DNA of 51,007 bases. It comes from Candidatus Binataceae bacterium. Its GTDB lineage: Bacteria > Desulfobacterota > Binatia > Binatales > Binataceae. A model generated the notes under the pieces. The model saw only the letters and a program-made list of their open reading frames with translations. It searched no databases and had not been told where the DNA came from. Numbering within the stretch: position 1 is the stretch's first letter; the number at the start of each line of letters is the position of its first letter. This document shows, one piece after another, positions 8,648 through 19,424 of this stretch. The position numbers and the translations under genes are program-made. The stretch lies in contig JBEKLA010000025.1 in NCBI GenBank assembly GCA_050010455.1, forward strand, positions 1 through 51,007, read 5' to 3'.

Positions 8648-9196
8648 CTATCGAGTGTAAGTTCCGACGAAATCGGCGCTCGCGAGCACGTGACCCTTCA
8701 TTGCTGCTTCAACTTCCACTGCACTAGCTCCGGGCTGCAACTTCAAGCTGGTATCAAGCGCGTAGAGGCGGAAATGATAATGATGGACTGCGCCTGATGG
8801 AGGGCACGGGCCCGCATATCCCTCGCGTCCAAAGCTATTGCGGCCTTGTTCTCCGCCATCCGAAATCGCGAACGCCTCGGCGACGTTTGGATCGAGATGA
8901 CGGGCAGTGGCCGGCAGATTGTAGACTACCCAGTGGACAAAAGTCCCGCCCGGAGAATCCGGATCTTCGACGATGAGCGCCAAGGTTTTCGCGTTGGGCG
9001 GTACGTCGGTCCAGGTCAGCGCGGGGGAGTAATTTTTCCCATCGCAAGTGAACTGCTTTGGAATGGCGCCTTCCGGCGCGAAGGCTGAACTACTTAACTT
9101 CAAAGCGGTTTGAGCATATGCAGTTTGCGCTAATCCAAGCAATAGCACGCAGCAGGCCAACGCTTTCATCTGCTTGTTGATAAGGTGGACAAACAT
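8648..9196 (-). CDS. YbhB/YbcL family PEBP (Raf kinase inhibitor-like) protein, secreted
   Basis: Motifs LALIVEDPDSPGGTFVHWVVYNLP and GYAGPCPPSGAVHHYHFRLYALD. Start set to ATG 9194-9196 (GGAGAG upstream), giving a signal peptide MFVHLINKQMKALACCVLLLGLAQTAYA. Confidence 0.85.
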   Translation of the reverse strand: MFVHLINKQMKALACCVLLLGLAQTAYAQTALKLSSSAFAPEGAIPKQFTCDGKNYSPALTWTDVPPNAKTLALIVEDPDSPGGTFVHWVVYNLPATARHLDPNVAEAFAISDGGEQGRNSFGREGYAGPCPPSGAVHHYHFRLYALDTSLKLQPGASAVEVEAAMKGHVLASADFVGTYTR

Positions 9197-9278
9197 CCGC
9201 TTCTCTCCGTTTGAGCGCTCCACGTTGGTCAATTTTGCCGTAGTATCGCCGATGCTGGCGCTCACGCTCTGGGGGCCG

Positions 9279-10052
9279 CTACTTGCGGCCCGAGCCGGGC
9301 GCTCCGGGCGTGTCGACCAGCCGAGGGCCGCCCGGACGAATCTCGACGGCTCGGCCGAATAGCGTATCGTCGCGCAGCAGGAACATCACCGCCTCAGCGA
9401 TAGCTTCGGGCTGTAGTATCTTGCTGGGAACGAGCGAAGACAAACCCGCCGCCGCTCGCTCGGCCGTCAGCCTGCGAACCAGCGGGGTGTCGACGATTCC
9501 CGGGCAGATGCAGTTTACTCGAATCTTGTGTTCGGCGGCCCATCCGACCAGCGAGTAGCTGAAATTGACCACGCCGGCCTTGGCCGCGGCGTAAATCGGA
9601 TCGTGATGATACGGATAGAGTCCGGCCATCGAGGCCGTGTTGATAATCGCACCGCCCTCACGTTCCATCAAAGGAGCCGCCAGATAGCATCCCAGGATGA
9701 CAGCCTGGAGGTCGATATCGAGCACCCTGCGCCAGGCCTCGAGACCGGCGCGCGGGAAGCCTGGCGGGCTCATCCCCGTACCGGCGTTGTTGAACAGGAT
9801 GTCGAGCCGCCCGAAACGCTGAATCGCGGTATCGAGCATCCGAGCCGACTGCCCGGCGTCGGTCACGTCGGTTTTCACGAAAACCGCACGACCGCCCGCG
9901 CGCTCGATCAAGCCTACCGCTTCATCGCCGGTAGCGGAGTCGATATCGGCGATGACGATCGCCGCGCCCTCCGCGGCCAGGCGCTGCGCGCTGGCGCGGC
10001 CGATACCCGAACCTCCTCCCGTGATAACCGCTACCTTGCCCTCCAAGTTCAT
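9279..10052 (-). CDS. SDR family oxidoreductase
   Basis: VAVITGGGSGIGRA (TGxxxGxG), NNAG and the catalytic YAAAKAG (YxxxK). AGGAG upstream of the ATG. Confidence 0.85.
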   Translation of the reverse strand: MNLEGKVAVITGGGSGIGRASAQRLAAEGAAIVIADIDSATGDEAVGLIERAGGRAVFVKTDVTDAGQSARMLDTAIQRFGRLDILFNNAGTGMSPPGFPRAGLEAWRRVLDIDLQAVILGCYLAAPLMEREGGAIINTASMAGLYPYHHDPIYAAAKAGVVNFSYSLVGWAAEHKIRVNCICPGIVDTPLVRRLTAERAAAGLSSLVPSKILQPEAIAEAVMFLLRDDTLFGRAVEIRPGGPRLVDTPGAPGSGRK

Positions 10053-10114
10053 CCTAGATACTCCTGTATCGAGTTCGAGCTTGCCGTTTATCCGGCGTCA
10101 GTTATCGAGCGCGT

Positions 10115-10534
10115 CTAGCCGACACGCCCGAGCATCACGCCGAGCACCAGCAATAAGAGCACAGTCGCGGTCAGAAGCGTGAACGCCCGATCGCGTTGCT
10201 TGAGGAAAAAGAAGAAGGTGAATCCGACGCGGCCGAGCGGCACCATGGTCAGCACCAGCAGACCGAGCACCAGGATGGCGCGCGGCTGACCGTGGATCGC
10301 GTCGACGGCAAGCGCGCCCCAGGGTTGCCTATCGGCGCGCCGCCCCTGGGTTTGGATCTCGTGCACGCGAGCGACGTAAAAGCCGGGAGTTTCCAGCGCC
10401 ATCACTATCAGTCCGAGTATCAGAAGGACGGCACTGGTGAGAACCGATACGCGAAGGATAATGGGCGTCCAGACGCGCAGAACCCGGTCTTCGTCCTGAT
10501 CTGTCATCACTAGAACCCGTTCATAGCGCGCCAA
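10115..10534 (-). CDS. DUF1634-like small membrane protein (usual TauE/SafE partner)
   Basis: Three hydrophobic spans, located immediately downstream of the TauE-like gene. Alternative start at ATG 10505-10507, 3 nt after the TauE stop. Confidence 0.55.
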   Translation of the reverse strand: MARYERVLVMTDQDEDRVLRVWTPIILRVSVLTSAVLLILGLIVMALETPGFYVARVHEIQTQGRRADRQPWGALAVDAIHGQPRAILVLGLLVLTMVPLGRVGFTFFFFLKQRDRAFTLLTATVLLLLVLGVMLGRVG

Positions 10535-11349
10535 CCCATTTCGAGCGCGATTAACAGCAAGATTATTTCGAACACCAGCCGTAACGCTTGCACATTCGCG
10601 TGCATCAGCACCCGGCTTCCGACGAGGGCGCCTAACGTTACGCCGAGTGCGACCGGAGCCGCGATTACCACGGAGACGTCACCGCGAGACAGGAACACCA
10701 GGGCGCCCGCGCCGGCGGTGACGCCGATCATGAAGTTGCTGGTTGCGCTTGATACTTTGAGCGGCAGGCCCATCACGCTGTCCATCGCCACGACCTTGAG
10801 CGCGCCCGCGCCCACTCCGAGCATTCCCGACATCAGGCCGGCGACTACCATTATCGCGGCGCCACCGGGGAGATTGCGCACTCCATATGATACGAGCTTG
10901 CCGTCGCCGTCGGGGAAGCTGCCGCCAAGTTTCAAACGCACGGCGATGGGGTCATTTTTTGCGGATACGAATTCGCCATGTTTTCTTGCCGCGAAGTAAG
11001 CCGAAATCAGCATCATCGCCGCGAACAATATTTCCAGGGTGCGCGCCTCAAGGATTCCTGCCAGCGACGCGCCCACTACCGCGCCTGATACGGTCGCGAC
11101 TTCGAGCGCCATCGCGACCCTCAGATTGGTCCATCCGTCGCGCACGAACGCCGCGCTGGCGCCGGCGCTGGTTGCCACGACCGATATCAGGCTGGCGCCA
11201 ATTGCGACGTGAATCGGGACGTGTCCGAGTATCGTGAGCCCGGGCACGATAAAGACGCCGCCCCCCAGTCCGGAAATCGCTCCAATAAGGCCCGCGCCGA
11301 CGGCCAGCAGCAGAAGTTTGGCAACGATGGTCAGCACGAGATTCCGCAC
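10510..11349 (-). CDS. TauE/SafE family sulfite/anion exporter
   Basis: Polytopic membrane protein with duplicated glycine-rich segments GLGGGVFIVPGL and GMLGVGAGALKVVAM. GTG start. Confidence 0.8.
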   Translation of the reverse strand: MRNLVLTIVAKLLLLAVGAGLIGAISGLGGGVFIVPGLTILGHVPIHVAIGASLISVVATSAGASAAFVRDGWTNLRVAMALEVATVSGAVVGASLAGILEARTLEILFAAMMLISAYFAARKHGEFVSAKNDPIAVRLKLGGSFPDGDGKLVSYGVRNLPGGAAIMVVAGLMSGMLGVGAGALKVVAMDSVMGLPLKVSSATSNFMIGVTAGAGALVFLSRGDVSVVIAAPVALGVTLGALVGSRVLMHANVQALRLVFEIILLLIALEMGWRAMNGF

Positions 11350-11433
11350 CGGTTGTTCGAGGCGTTTTTCATAAACGAACCTTGCGCGTCTTCAGGACAA
11401 TCCCCCCTTGATGTCGCAGCCGCTATCAGTCTG

Positions 11434-12717
11434 CTAGCGGCGAAATAGCAAAGATTCCCCCACAGGCAGGCCCAGCGCATGTCTGCGAATCCAGTCCAGC
11501 GCAACCTGCGAGGTCATTAGCTTGACCCAATCGCGATTGCCCCATAGCTGGTAGCGTCGCGATGTGCTGAAGCCTTCCGAATCCATCGCGACGCACACCG
11601 TACCGACCGGCCGCTCGGGCGTGCCTCCGCTGGGTCCCGCGACACCCGAAGTCGCGATCGCGATATCGCTGCCCGCGACGCGCCGCGCGCCTGCGGCCAT
11701 TTCGCGCACGCACTCCTCGCTCACGGCGCCGTGCTGCTTGAGGGTTTCTTCGCGCACACCGAGAACCTTGATCTTGGACTCGTTGGAGTAGGTGACCAGA
11801 TCGGCCTTCAAGTAATTGGAGCTGCCCGGCACGTTGGTCAGGCGATGGCCGATCAAGCCGCCGGTGCACGACTCGGCGACCGCCAGCGTAAGGCGCTTCT
11901 CGGTCAGCGCACGGCCGACCACTTCTTCCATCGTGGTCTCGCCTTCGGCGAAGACGAAGCTCGAAATTTTTTTACGCACTCGCGCGCTCAGCGATTCAAG
12001 CTTTTTGTCGACCTCTCCCGGCGCGCCCTCAACCAGGACGCGCAAGGATATCTGCGGGAAGCTTGCGCGAAACGACACCCGCGCCTCGTCGGGATGGATC
12101 AATCCGGCCACCGCCTCGTCCAGCGCCGATTCGCTGATGCCGAAGGTCTGAAACGTGCGCGCGGCGTAAATCGTGTCGCGCCCGCGATTGGCGACGATCC
12201 ACGGAATCACGTTCTGTTCGATCATCGGTTTCATCTCGCGCGGCACGCCGGGAAGCACGATCAGATGAGCGGTGTGGCCGTCTTGCGTCGCGGCCATGCG
12301 AAAGCCCGGCGCGGTGCCGAGAGGATTGGGGATGATCTCGGCGGTCTCGGGGAACATCGCTTGTCTCAGGTTGTTCTCCGGCATCCGCCGCTTCAACGAC
12401 GCGAACAATTGGCGGATCTTCTCAGCGGAATCTTCGTCGAAGCGGAGTTGGTGGCCGGTCAGGCGCGCGACTATTTCGGTGGTCAGGTCGTCGGCCGTTG
12501 GTCCGAGTCCGCCGGTCGAGATGACAACGTCGGCCATCGCGATCGCCGATTTCCACGCCCACTCGAGACGCTCGGGTACGTCTCCAACCGTCAGCACCGC
12601 GGCAACTTCGATCCCGGTTTCGGCGAGCTTATCGGCGATATAGTTAGAGTTGGTATCAACTATTCGCCCGCTGGTTAGTTCATCACCGGTGGAAAGAATG
12701 ACCGCTCGCTGAATCAT
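11434..12717 (-). CDS. cinA: CinA family protein (MoCF-type domain + nicotinamide-nucleotide amidohydrolase PncC domain)
   Basis: N-terminus AVILSTGDELTSGRIVDTNSNYIA. C-terminal domain LAVAESCTGGLIGHRLTNVPGSS ... GTVCVA. Confidence 0.9.
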   Translation of the reverse strand: MIQRAVILSTGDELTSGRIVDTNSNYIADKLAETGIEVAAVLTVGDVPERLEWAWKSAIAMADVVISTGGLGPTADDLTTEIVARLTGHQLRFDEDSAEKIRQLFASLKRRMPENNLRQAMFPETAEIIPNPLGTAPGFRMAATQDGHTAHLIVLPGVPREMKPMIEQNVIPWIVANRGRDTIYAARTFQTFGISESALDEAVAGLIHPDEARVSFRASFPQISLRVLVEGAPGEVDKKLESLSARVRKKISSFVFAEGETTMEEVVGRALTEKRLTLAVAESCTGGLIGHRLTNVPGSSNYLKADLVTYSNESKIKVLGVREETLKQHGAVSEECVREMAAGARRVAGSDIAIATSGVAGPSGGTPERPVGTVCVAMDSEGFSTSRRYQLWGNRDWVKLMTSQVALDWIRRHALGLPVGESLLFRR

Positions 12718-12899
12718 GGCTCATTTATACCAAAACCGTGTCTGGCATGCCCACGGACCTCATGCCCAAGTATACCTGTGAGAAACGCAACAACCGGGAA
12801 TTGATTTCTTGCTGTTCCGGGGGCCAGGACCTCTTCTCGGCGTCATCGCTGCTCCATTGTCCCACGGTCGAGTCAACACGTGGTGTTCAAGCAGTTGCT

Positions 12900-13757
12900 C
12901 TAGCGGCTTGGGAAGAGGGGAACTACGCCAAGCACCGCTCTTGGCGGAAGTTCAATGAATCTGACCTCTGGCATTGCCGCCAATTGCTGTAAGCGATCTA
13001 TAGGAAGCGAAGCGCGGATCGAGTCATACTGGGGAAAACTCTCGATTACCGAACCGCCAAGCGCGTCAATCCGTGCCAGTACCGCCTTAGTAACTTTGGT
13101 GTCGATATCCACCACCGTGTTGCCAGCACTATCGATCTCGACAGCGATATGCAGTCGTGCAGCGGCCCCTTGCGGATTCCTCCGATACTCCCGTTGGAAC
13201 TTCAACAGATGGGAATCAATCTTCCGCTCTTCAGGGGATCGCGACTTCTTCTCGGCGATAATGGCCGCCATCTGGGCAGTAGCGCTTTCGCTAAGTTCCA
13301 CTCGTTTGCTAAGTTTCACCCGTTTGTTACTCAACCCCCCTTTCGCGGGGCTAACAAATCTGACCTCCGGCATCGACGCCAATTGGTCCAAGCGAGCTAT
13401 CGGCAGCGAAGCGCGGATCGCGTCATACTTGGGAATACTCTCGATTACCGAACCGCCAAGCGCGTCGATGCGTGCCAGCACCGCCTTGGTAACTTGAGTG
13501 GTGATATCTACGACGGTGTTGCCAGCATCATCGATCTTGATAGCGTTCGCCCGTGCATAGGCCTCGCGTGGCATGGTCCGGTAGTCGCGTTGGGCCTGCA
13601 ACAACTGGGAATCAATCTTTCGTTGCTCCGAGCTGAGCGATTTTTTGGACTCTTGACCGTCCGCTAATGAATAAAATGCGTGGATCAGCAACGTGGCGCC
13701 GATGAGACAACAAAGGACGCGAACGAGCTTGGTTTTTTTTGCCTGTGACGAAAGCAT
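12900..13757 (-). CDS. Signal-anchored protein made of two tandem subtilase-propeptide (inhibitor I9)-like modules
   Basis: ORF 12900..14099 overlaps pgpA, so it is trimmed to ATG 13755-13757 (MLSSQAKK, GGAGAGG upstream). Hydrophobic N-terminus LVRVLCCLIGATLLIHAFYSLA. Two about 100-aa units share ...RKIDSxLL...GNTVVDIxTxVTKAVLARIDALGGSVIES.PxYD.IRASLPI.RL.QLA.MPEVRF. Confidence 0.6.
   Translation of the reverse strand: MLSSQAKKTKLVRVLCCLIGATLLIHAFYSLADGQESKKSLSSEQRKIDSQLLQAQRDYRTMPREAYARANAIKIDDAGNTVVDITTQVTKAVLARIDALGGSVIESIPKYDAIRASLPIARLDQLASMPEVRFVSPAKGGLSNKRVKLSKRVELSESATAQMAAIIAEKKSRSPEERKIDSHLLKFQREYRRNPQGAAARLHIAVEIDSAGNTVVDIDTKVTKAVLARIDALGGSVIESFPQYDSIRASLPIDRLQQLAAMPEVRFIELPPRAVLGVVPLFPSR
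12958..13650. repeat. Intragenic tandem duplication, two ~290-bp units with a 399-bp period
   Basis: aatctgacctctggcat... at 12958 realigns with aatctgacctccggcat... at 13357. The similarity is readable for about 200 nt at DNA level and about 100 aa at protein level. Confidence 0.8.
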
Positions 13758-13924
13758 AGACCTCTCCAGGGGGCGGCGTTCGGTCAGCGAAATCCAAGTG
13801 TGGTGCGAGGAATCGTAGAGTTTCGACACGTTCGCTCCTTCCCTAAGGGCGGCCATTGCCCGTTTAACCTCGCGGGTTCTATGTGGCAAATATTTCGAGT
13901 CTCGGGCAACCTCAAAACAGACAG

Positions 13925-14386
13925 CTAGAAAAGCCGCGCTAGTATCCGCAGCACGATATTGGCGTAAATGGCGGCTGCCACGTCGTCGAGCATCACGCCC
14001 AAGCCGCCCCGCACGTTGCGGTCGATCGTATTGGCGGGAAAGGGCTTCACGATATCGAACAGCCGGAAAAGCGCGAAGCCGGCGACGAGATGCTTCCAAT
14101 CAACCGGATTCAGGAACATCGTCGCGATCATTCCGAGCACCTCGTCGATCACGATATGGGAGCTGTCGGGCTCGTTGAAGATCTCCTCGGCCCGGCCCGA
14201 GATCCAGCAAGCGGCGACGAACAGCACGACGAAGGCGGGGACGGTTATCTGCCATGGGACGTGCCAGATGCCGCCGAAAATCGCCCAAGCGATAACCAGG
14301 CCGACGACCGAGCCTGCGGTGCCGGGCGCGACCGGGACGAAGCCCGCGTATCCGGCGGTCGCCAGAAATACAATCAGCTTGCGCAT
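13925..14386 (-). CDS. pgpA: Phosphatidylglycerophosphatase A
   Basis: LATAGYAGFVPVAPGTAGSVVG, IVIDEVLGM, FRLFDIVKPFP, DDVAAAIYANI. Confidence 0.85.
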   Translation of the reverse strand: MRKLIVFLATAGYAGFVPVAPGTAGSVVGLVIAWAIFGGIWHVPWQITVPAFVVLFVAACWISGRAEEIFNEPDSSHIVIDEVLGMIATMFLNPVDWKHLVAGFALFRLFDIVKPFPANTIDRNVRGGLGVMLDDVAAAIYANIVLRILARLF

Positions 14387-14423
14387 GACAGCGTCTGGGC
14401 TCTGGCGGCGGATGCCACGCGGG

Positions 14424-15248
14424 TCAATCGGCGCGCGGTGGAATCGGCGGCTCTTCGAGTCCGAGTTCGACCGATACCACGCCCTCGATTTCGCGCGCGA
14501 TTCGATTCGCCAGTTCGTCCCACGGAGGGACCAGCGCGGCGCTGCGGAGAGTTACGACGCCGTTGGCGGTTCCCACATTAATCGCTGCGCTTCCAATCTT
14601 CGGATGGGCGAACAGGGCGGCGCGGACCTGGGCCGTGATCGCGGCGTCGCGGAGTTTGATCCTCGATTCGGCGCCGGCGTCGCGGTCCGTGAGACGCGCC
14701 CCGTCGGCCAGAAGCTCAGCCAGGGTCGACATCGGCATCGCCGCGGTATTGATGACCAGGTCGTACACGCTGGGATCGTCCATGTCGATGTTCAGCATCG
14801 TCTGCAGCCGCGAACGCACCTCGCGGCCATAATCGCGCAAACGCCGCGCTGCAGCCGCGGGCTCCAGATTCTCGTCGGCCGCGACCTGGCGCTTGCGCTC
14901 GTCGAACGGCGCGACGGTACGGACGCGCAGCACGTGACCCGCGCCTTCAGGTACGAACAGCGGAGTCGCACGGCCTACTATCACTCTTCCCTCGACGGTC
15001 AACTCCTTCAACAGCATCGCGCTGTAGAAGACATACAGCTTGACCGTGTCGGTTCGCAGGCGTTCCCAAAAATGAGGCGTCCGTTCGTCGACCAATTGTA
15101 ACTGCCCGGGAGTAACCTGATAGCGGCGTGCGGCCGCAGCCAGGATGTCGGTGCTGTTGATCAATTCATAGCCAAGCTGATCTGCCGTCATCTGACCTAG
15201 CATTAGGCCGCGACTGCCGAGCTGTTGGCCGATTGCGATTAGTGCCAT
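14424..15248 (-). CDS. Cytidylate-kinase-like family protein with C-terminal BON domain
   Basis: Start set to ATG 15246-15248 (AGAGGGG upstream), giving MALIAIGQQLGSRG (P-loop-like). The C-terminal AINVGTANGVVTLRSAAL...IEGVVSVE is BON-like. Confidence 0.6.
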   Translation of the reverse strand: MALIAIGQQLGSRGLMLGQMTADQLGYELINSTDILAAAARRYQVTPGQLQLVDERTPHFWERLRTDTVKLYVFYSAMLLKELTVEGRVIVGRATPLFVPEGAGHVLRVRTVAPFDERKRQVAADENLEPAAAARRLRDYGREVRSRLQTMLNIDMDDPSVYDLVINTAAMPMSTLAELLADGARLTDRDAGAESRIKLRDAAITAQVRAALFAHPKIGSAAINVGTANGVVTLRSAALVPPWDELANRIAREIEGVVSVELGLEEPPIPPRAD

Positions 15249-15494
15249 GACCCCTCTGTGTGCTGCGCAGATTGACCGCGCCAATCTTAGGGAGTCCGGC
15301 CCACGCAGGCAAACAGGGATTCATAATCATTTCAAATTGATGCGTAGCCTGCCGCCGGCGGCGTCGCTAAACTGCTAGGGTTTAACGATCGTCGCTCTGC
15401 CGAACCGTGTAAAGTAGGCGGCGCGAGCCGCTTTTCTATCGCAAAATGAAGCGCGCGGAACGAATCGCGCGCAACGCCGGGTGATGGTGAGGGA

Positions 15495-16615
15495 ATGGAA
15501 CGCAAGAAAAAATCGGCGATGCTCAAAGGCAACACGATCGAACCGGGGCCGGTGCGCGGGGAGATGACCGCCGCCGAGCTTATCGATAGCGCTTTCCTGG
15601 CCTACAACGGACGCCGCCTGCGCGAGGGCTGCCAGTTGTTCGCGGAAAAGATGCTCGAACCGGATACCACCGTCGGAGTGAGCCTGACCGGAGCGCTAAC
15701 GCCGGCGGGTATCGGGATGTCGTGCCTGATTCCGCTTATCGAGCACGGCTTCATCGATTGGATGGTCTCGACGGGCGCCAATCTTTATCACGACACGCAC
15801 TTTGGCCTGGGCCTGAAGATGTTCCAGGGCTCGGCCGAAGCCGACGACGTTGCGTTGCGCGCCGCGGGCGTGGTGCGCATCTACGACATCTTTTTCGACT
15901 ACAAGGTGCTGCTGTCGACCGACGCGTTTTTCCGCGAAATCGCGCGCGGCGCCGAGTTCCAGCGTTCGATGGGGAGCGCGGAATTCCATTATCTTGCCGG
16001 CCGTTACGTGGCCGAGCGCGAGCGGATGCTGAAGCTTAAACGGCGCTCGCTGCTCGCTTCCGCCCACGAGTATGCGGTCCCGATCTACACCTCGTCGCCG
16101 GGCGACTCGTCGATCGGGATGAACCTCGCGCTGCTCGAATTGGAGGGCGGCAAGCTCAGGCTCGACCCGCTGGCCGACGTCAACGAGACGGCGGCGATCG
16201 TGTATGACGCCAAGCGCGCGGGCGGCAAGAGCGCGGTATTCATCCTGGGCGGCGGCTCGCCAAAAAACTTCGTGCTCCAGACCGAGCCTCAGCTTCAGGA
16301 AGTGTTGGGAGTGGCGGAGAAGGGGCACGACTACTTCTTGCAGGTGACCGACGCGCGTCCCGACACCGGCGGACTCTCCGGTGCGACGCCGTCGGAGGCG
16401 GTGAGCTGGGGCAAGATCGATCCCAATCGTTTGCCGGATACGGTGGTCTGCTACGTCGACGCGACCGTCGCGCTGCCGCTGATCACCGCCTACGCGCTCG
16501 CTCGCCGCAAGCCGCGAAAGCCGCGGCGTCTGTACGAGCGGCGCGAACAGATGACGGAGGAGCTGGCGTCGGCTTACGACAAGGTGCGCAAGCGGCGGCT
16601 CAAACGAGGAGAATC

Positions 16616-16619
<4 letters not shown>
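15495..16619 (+). CDS. Deoxyhypusine synthase family protein (bacterial DHS-like / homospermidine-synthase-like)
   Basis: [49 protein letters not shown]. Basic C-terminal tail. Confidence 0.75.
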
Positions 16620-17422
<803 letters not shown>

Positions 17423-17426
17423 CGCG

Positions 17427-18716
17427 TCAGATCTTCTGCTCGCCGCTGCCCCACAGCAGGAAGCCGAACAATCCGATCAGGTAGATCACGGCTGTGAGGT
17501 AGAAGACCATCGCGAACGATCCGGTGGATTGCAGAATCAAGCCGGTAATCGCGACGCCGACAATTCCTGGCACCGTCGCGGCGGTGTTCGAGATGCCCAT
17601 CAGGATGCCGGCGTAGCGCGGACCAACGTCGAGATGGTTCACGCCGAAGCCCGAGAACGCCAAAGCGGACGACATCGCCGAGATCGTAAGCAACAGGATC
17701 GCGACGCCGGGCGAGCTCACCCTTGGCAGCACAAACAGCGGCAGCGCACCCAGCGTGAACGCCAGGGTTTGCATCAGCTTGCGCAGCGCGGTGACGCTCA
17801 AGCCGCGCGCGAGCAGCCAATCGCAGGCCCATCCGCCGAGGTTGCTCGCGATGAAGGTCGAAAGCCACGGAACCATCGCGTACCTGCCCACTTGCGCCAT
17901 CGGCACGCCGAGGCTCCGATGAAGGTAGGTCGGCATCCAGAGCAGGAATATGTAAAGGCCCCAATTATTGCAGACGTGAGCGAGGATGATCGCCCAAACC
18001 GCTTTTTCGCCAAAGATCCGGCGCCACGGAATCGACTCGATCCGCGCCGCTTGCGGACGATCGGCAACGATCAGCGCGAGTTCCCGCGCGGATATCGAGT
18101 CGGATTCTTCGGGGCTGTTCGCGGCCTTTAGATTCCACGCGACCACCCACACGATCCCGAGTGCGCCGAAGATGTAGAACGCCGCCGGCCATCCCATCGC
18201 GATAATCAGCGGCGGCGTCAACAGCAGCGCCAATACCGAACCCAGATGGATGCCGCTTAGGTTGAGCGCGAGCGCTCGCGCCCGCTCGCTGGTGCGAGTC
18301 CATCGCGCGGCGAGGCTGTGTATCGCCGGGAAGTTTACGCCTTCGCCAAGACCGAGCATCACGCGAACCAGCAGCAGCATCGGGAACGACGTAGATGCGG
18401 GAGGCGTCAGGATGGTCGCAAGCGACCACGTCACCACGCCGAAGGCGAGTATGCGCTTGCCGCCGAAGCGATCCGCCATCCAGCCGCCGAGCAACTGCGA
18501 GACCAGATAGCCCCAGAAAAATGCCGACAGCACCATCCCCTGAGTGGCCGCGTCGAAGCCTCGATCCCGCGCCATCGGAATGATCGCGACCGAGATGTTA
18601 ACCCGGTCGATGTAACAGAGGACCGTGGAGAGAAAGAACAGCCCGACCAGTGTGTAACGCAGGGGCCATCGCGGCGCATCCGACCGCAGCGGAATATGTC
18701 GGGCTGGAGCAGGCAT
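17427..18716 (-). CDS. MFS transporter (anion:cation symporter-like)
   Basis: About 12 hydrophobic spans and MFS motif A GGWMADRFGGKRIL. Confidence 0.85.
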   Translation of the reverse strand: MPAPARHIPLRSDAPRWPLRYTLVGLFFLSTVLCYIDRVNISVAIIPMARDRGFDAATQGMVLSAFFWGYLVSQLLGGWMADRFGGKRILAFGVVTWSLATILTPPASTSFPMLLLVRVMLGLGEGVNFPAIHSLAARWTRTSERARALALNLSGIHLGSVLALLLTPPLIIAMGWPAAFYIFGALGIVWVVAWNLKAANSPEESDSISARELALIVADRPQAARIESIPWRRIFGEKAVWAIILAHVCNNWGLYIFLLWMPTYLHRSLGVPMAQVGRYAMVPWLSTFIASNLGGWACDWLLARGLSVTALRKLMQTLAFTLGALPLFVLPRVSSPGVAILLLTISAMSSALAFSGFGVNHLDVGPRYAGILMGISNTAATVPGIVGVAITGLILQSTGSFAMVFYLTAVIYLIGLFGFLLWGSGEQKI

Positions 18717-18809
18717 GCCGTCGCGAGCTTAATCTGAGATCGACGCGAGAGCCAGCCGCGTCCGCATGCTCGCTATCGCGATCTGACGGGTTTGATCAGT
18801 GCAAACGCG

Positions 18810-18856
18810 GCGAGGCGCGCGAAGACCCGTCGAGAGACGGGCTCCGCGCGCCTCGC
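18810..18856 (-). terminator. Long GC-rich hairpin downstream of the XRE gene (possible terminator, no U-tract)
   Basis: gcgaggcgcgcg (18810-18821) pairs with cgcgcgcctcgc (18845-18856), with an inner cccgtc/gacggg stem. Confidence 0.3.
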
Positions 18857-18906
18857 TGCGCTATTTATGAGGACCTATGCGCCTCGACGCGGCACCCGAT
18901 AGCCCG

Positions 18907-19335
18907 CTAGCGGCCGAGCGCTTGCCGAATGCTGTTGAGAATATAGATAAAGTCGCGGTCGCTGCGCACTTCACCCATCAGCGCGACCTGCGACAGCATT
19001 TCCATCTCTTCGGGTGTGATGGAGTGGATGCGTCTTAAGCGCTCGTCCTTACGAAAAGAATCCCACGCGGTAACGTTGCTCGGCAGCGTCCGAGTGTGGA
19101 GAAGTTCGCGCGCCCCAGGATTGGCGAGGAAGTAGAGGTCGCGGCGTTCCAGTCCCAGCACGTCGGCCAACCTGGTTACGATTTTGTCCGACGGATGACG
19201 TTTCCCGGATTCCAAATGGCCTACGTATGGAGTGGAAGTGCCGATCCGTTGCGCGACTTCTTCCTGGGTGAGGTCGAGCTGGCGTCGACGGTCGCGAACC
19301 ACCTGCCCGAAAGTGACTGCTTTTGGTTTGGCCAT
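18907..19335 (-). CDS. XRE family helix-turn-helix transcriptional regulator with uncharacterised C-terminal domain
   Basis: Start set to ATG 19333-19335 (AAGGAG upstream). HTH segment LTQEEVAQRIGTSTPYVGHLESGKRHPS. Confidence 0.75.
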   Translation of the reverse strand: MAKPKAVTFGQVVRDRRRQLDLTQEEVAQRIGTSTPYVGHLESGKRHPSDKIVTRLADVLGLERRDLYFLANPGARELLHTRTLPSNVTAWDSFRKDERLRRIHSITPEEMEMLSQVALMGEVRSDRDFIYILNSIRQALGR

Positions 19336-19409
19336 GATTAGCTCCTTACTCAAAAGTCGCACGCGAATTGCTTTGAAGCCCACCCACGCTTCAAGGGTCA
19401 TCGGCTACG

Positions 19410-19424
19410 ACATAACTGTTATGT
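19410..19424. promoter_or_regulatory. 15-bp palindrome ACATAACTGTTATGT upstream of the XRE gene (candidate operator)
   Basis: Read directly, about 75 nt upstream of the XRE ATG. A second inverted repeat ttgaagc-N8-gcttcaa lies at 19373-19394. Confidence 0.3.

Noticed and set aside
12900-14099. Full 399-aa version of the tandem-propeptide ORF
   Set aside because: Its first 114 codons overlap pgpA (13925..14386) in another frame and are Arg-rich with no signal. An internal ATG at 13757 has a GGAGAGG RBS and yields a proper signal anchor.
13968-15101. 377-aa plus-strand ORF opposite pgpA and the cytidylate-kinase-like gene
   Set aside because: Shadow ORF. The minus-strand genes carry clear family motifs, whereas this frame is low-complexity and Arg/Ala/Pro-rich. 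The same reasoning applies to 5406..6320(-), 23903..25039(-), 33897..34904(+), 31364..32260(+), 43068..43907(-), 46084..47115(+) and 49972..50763(-).
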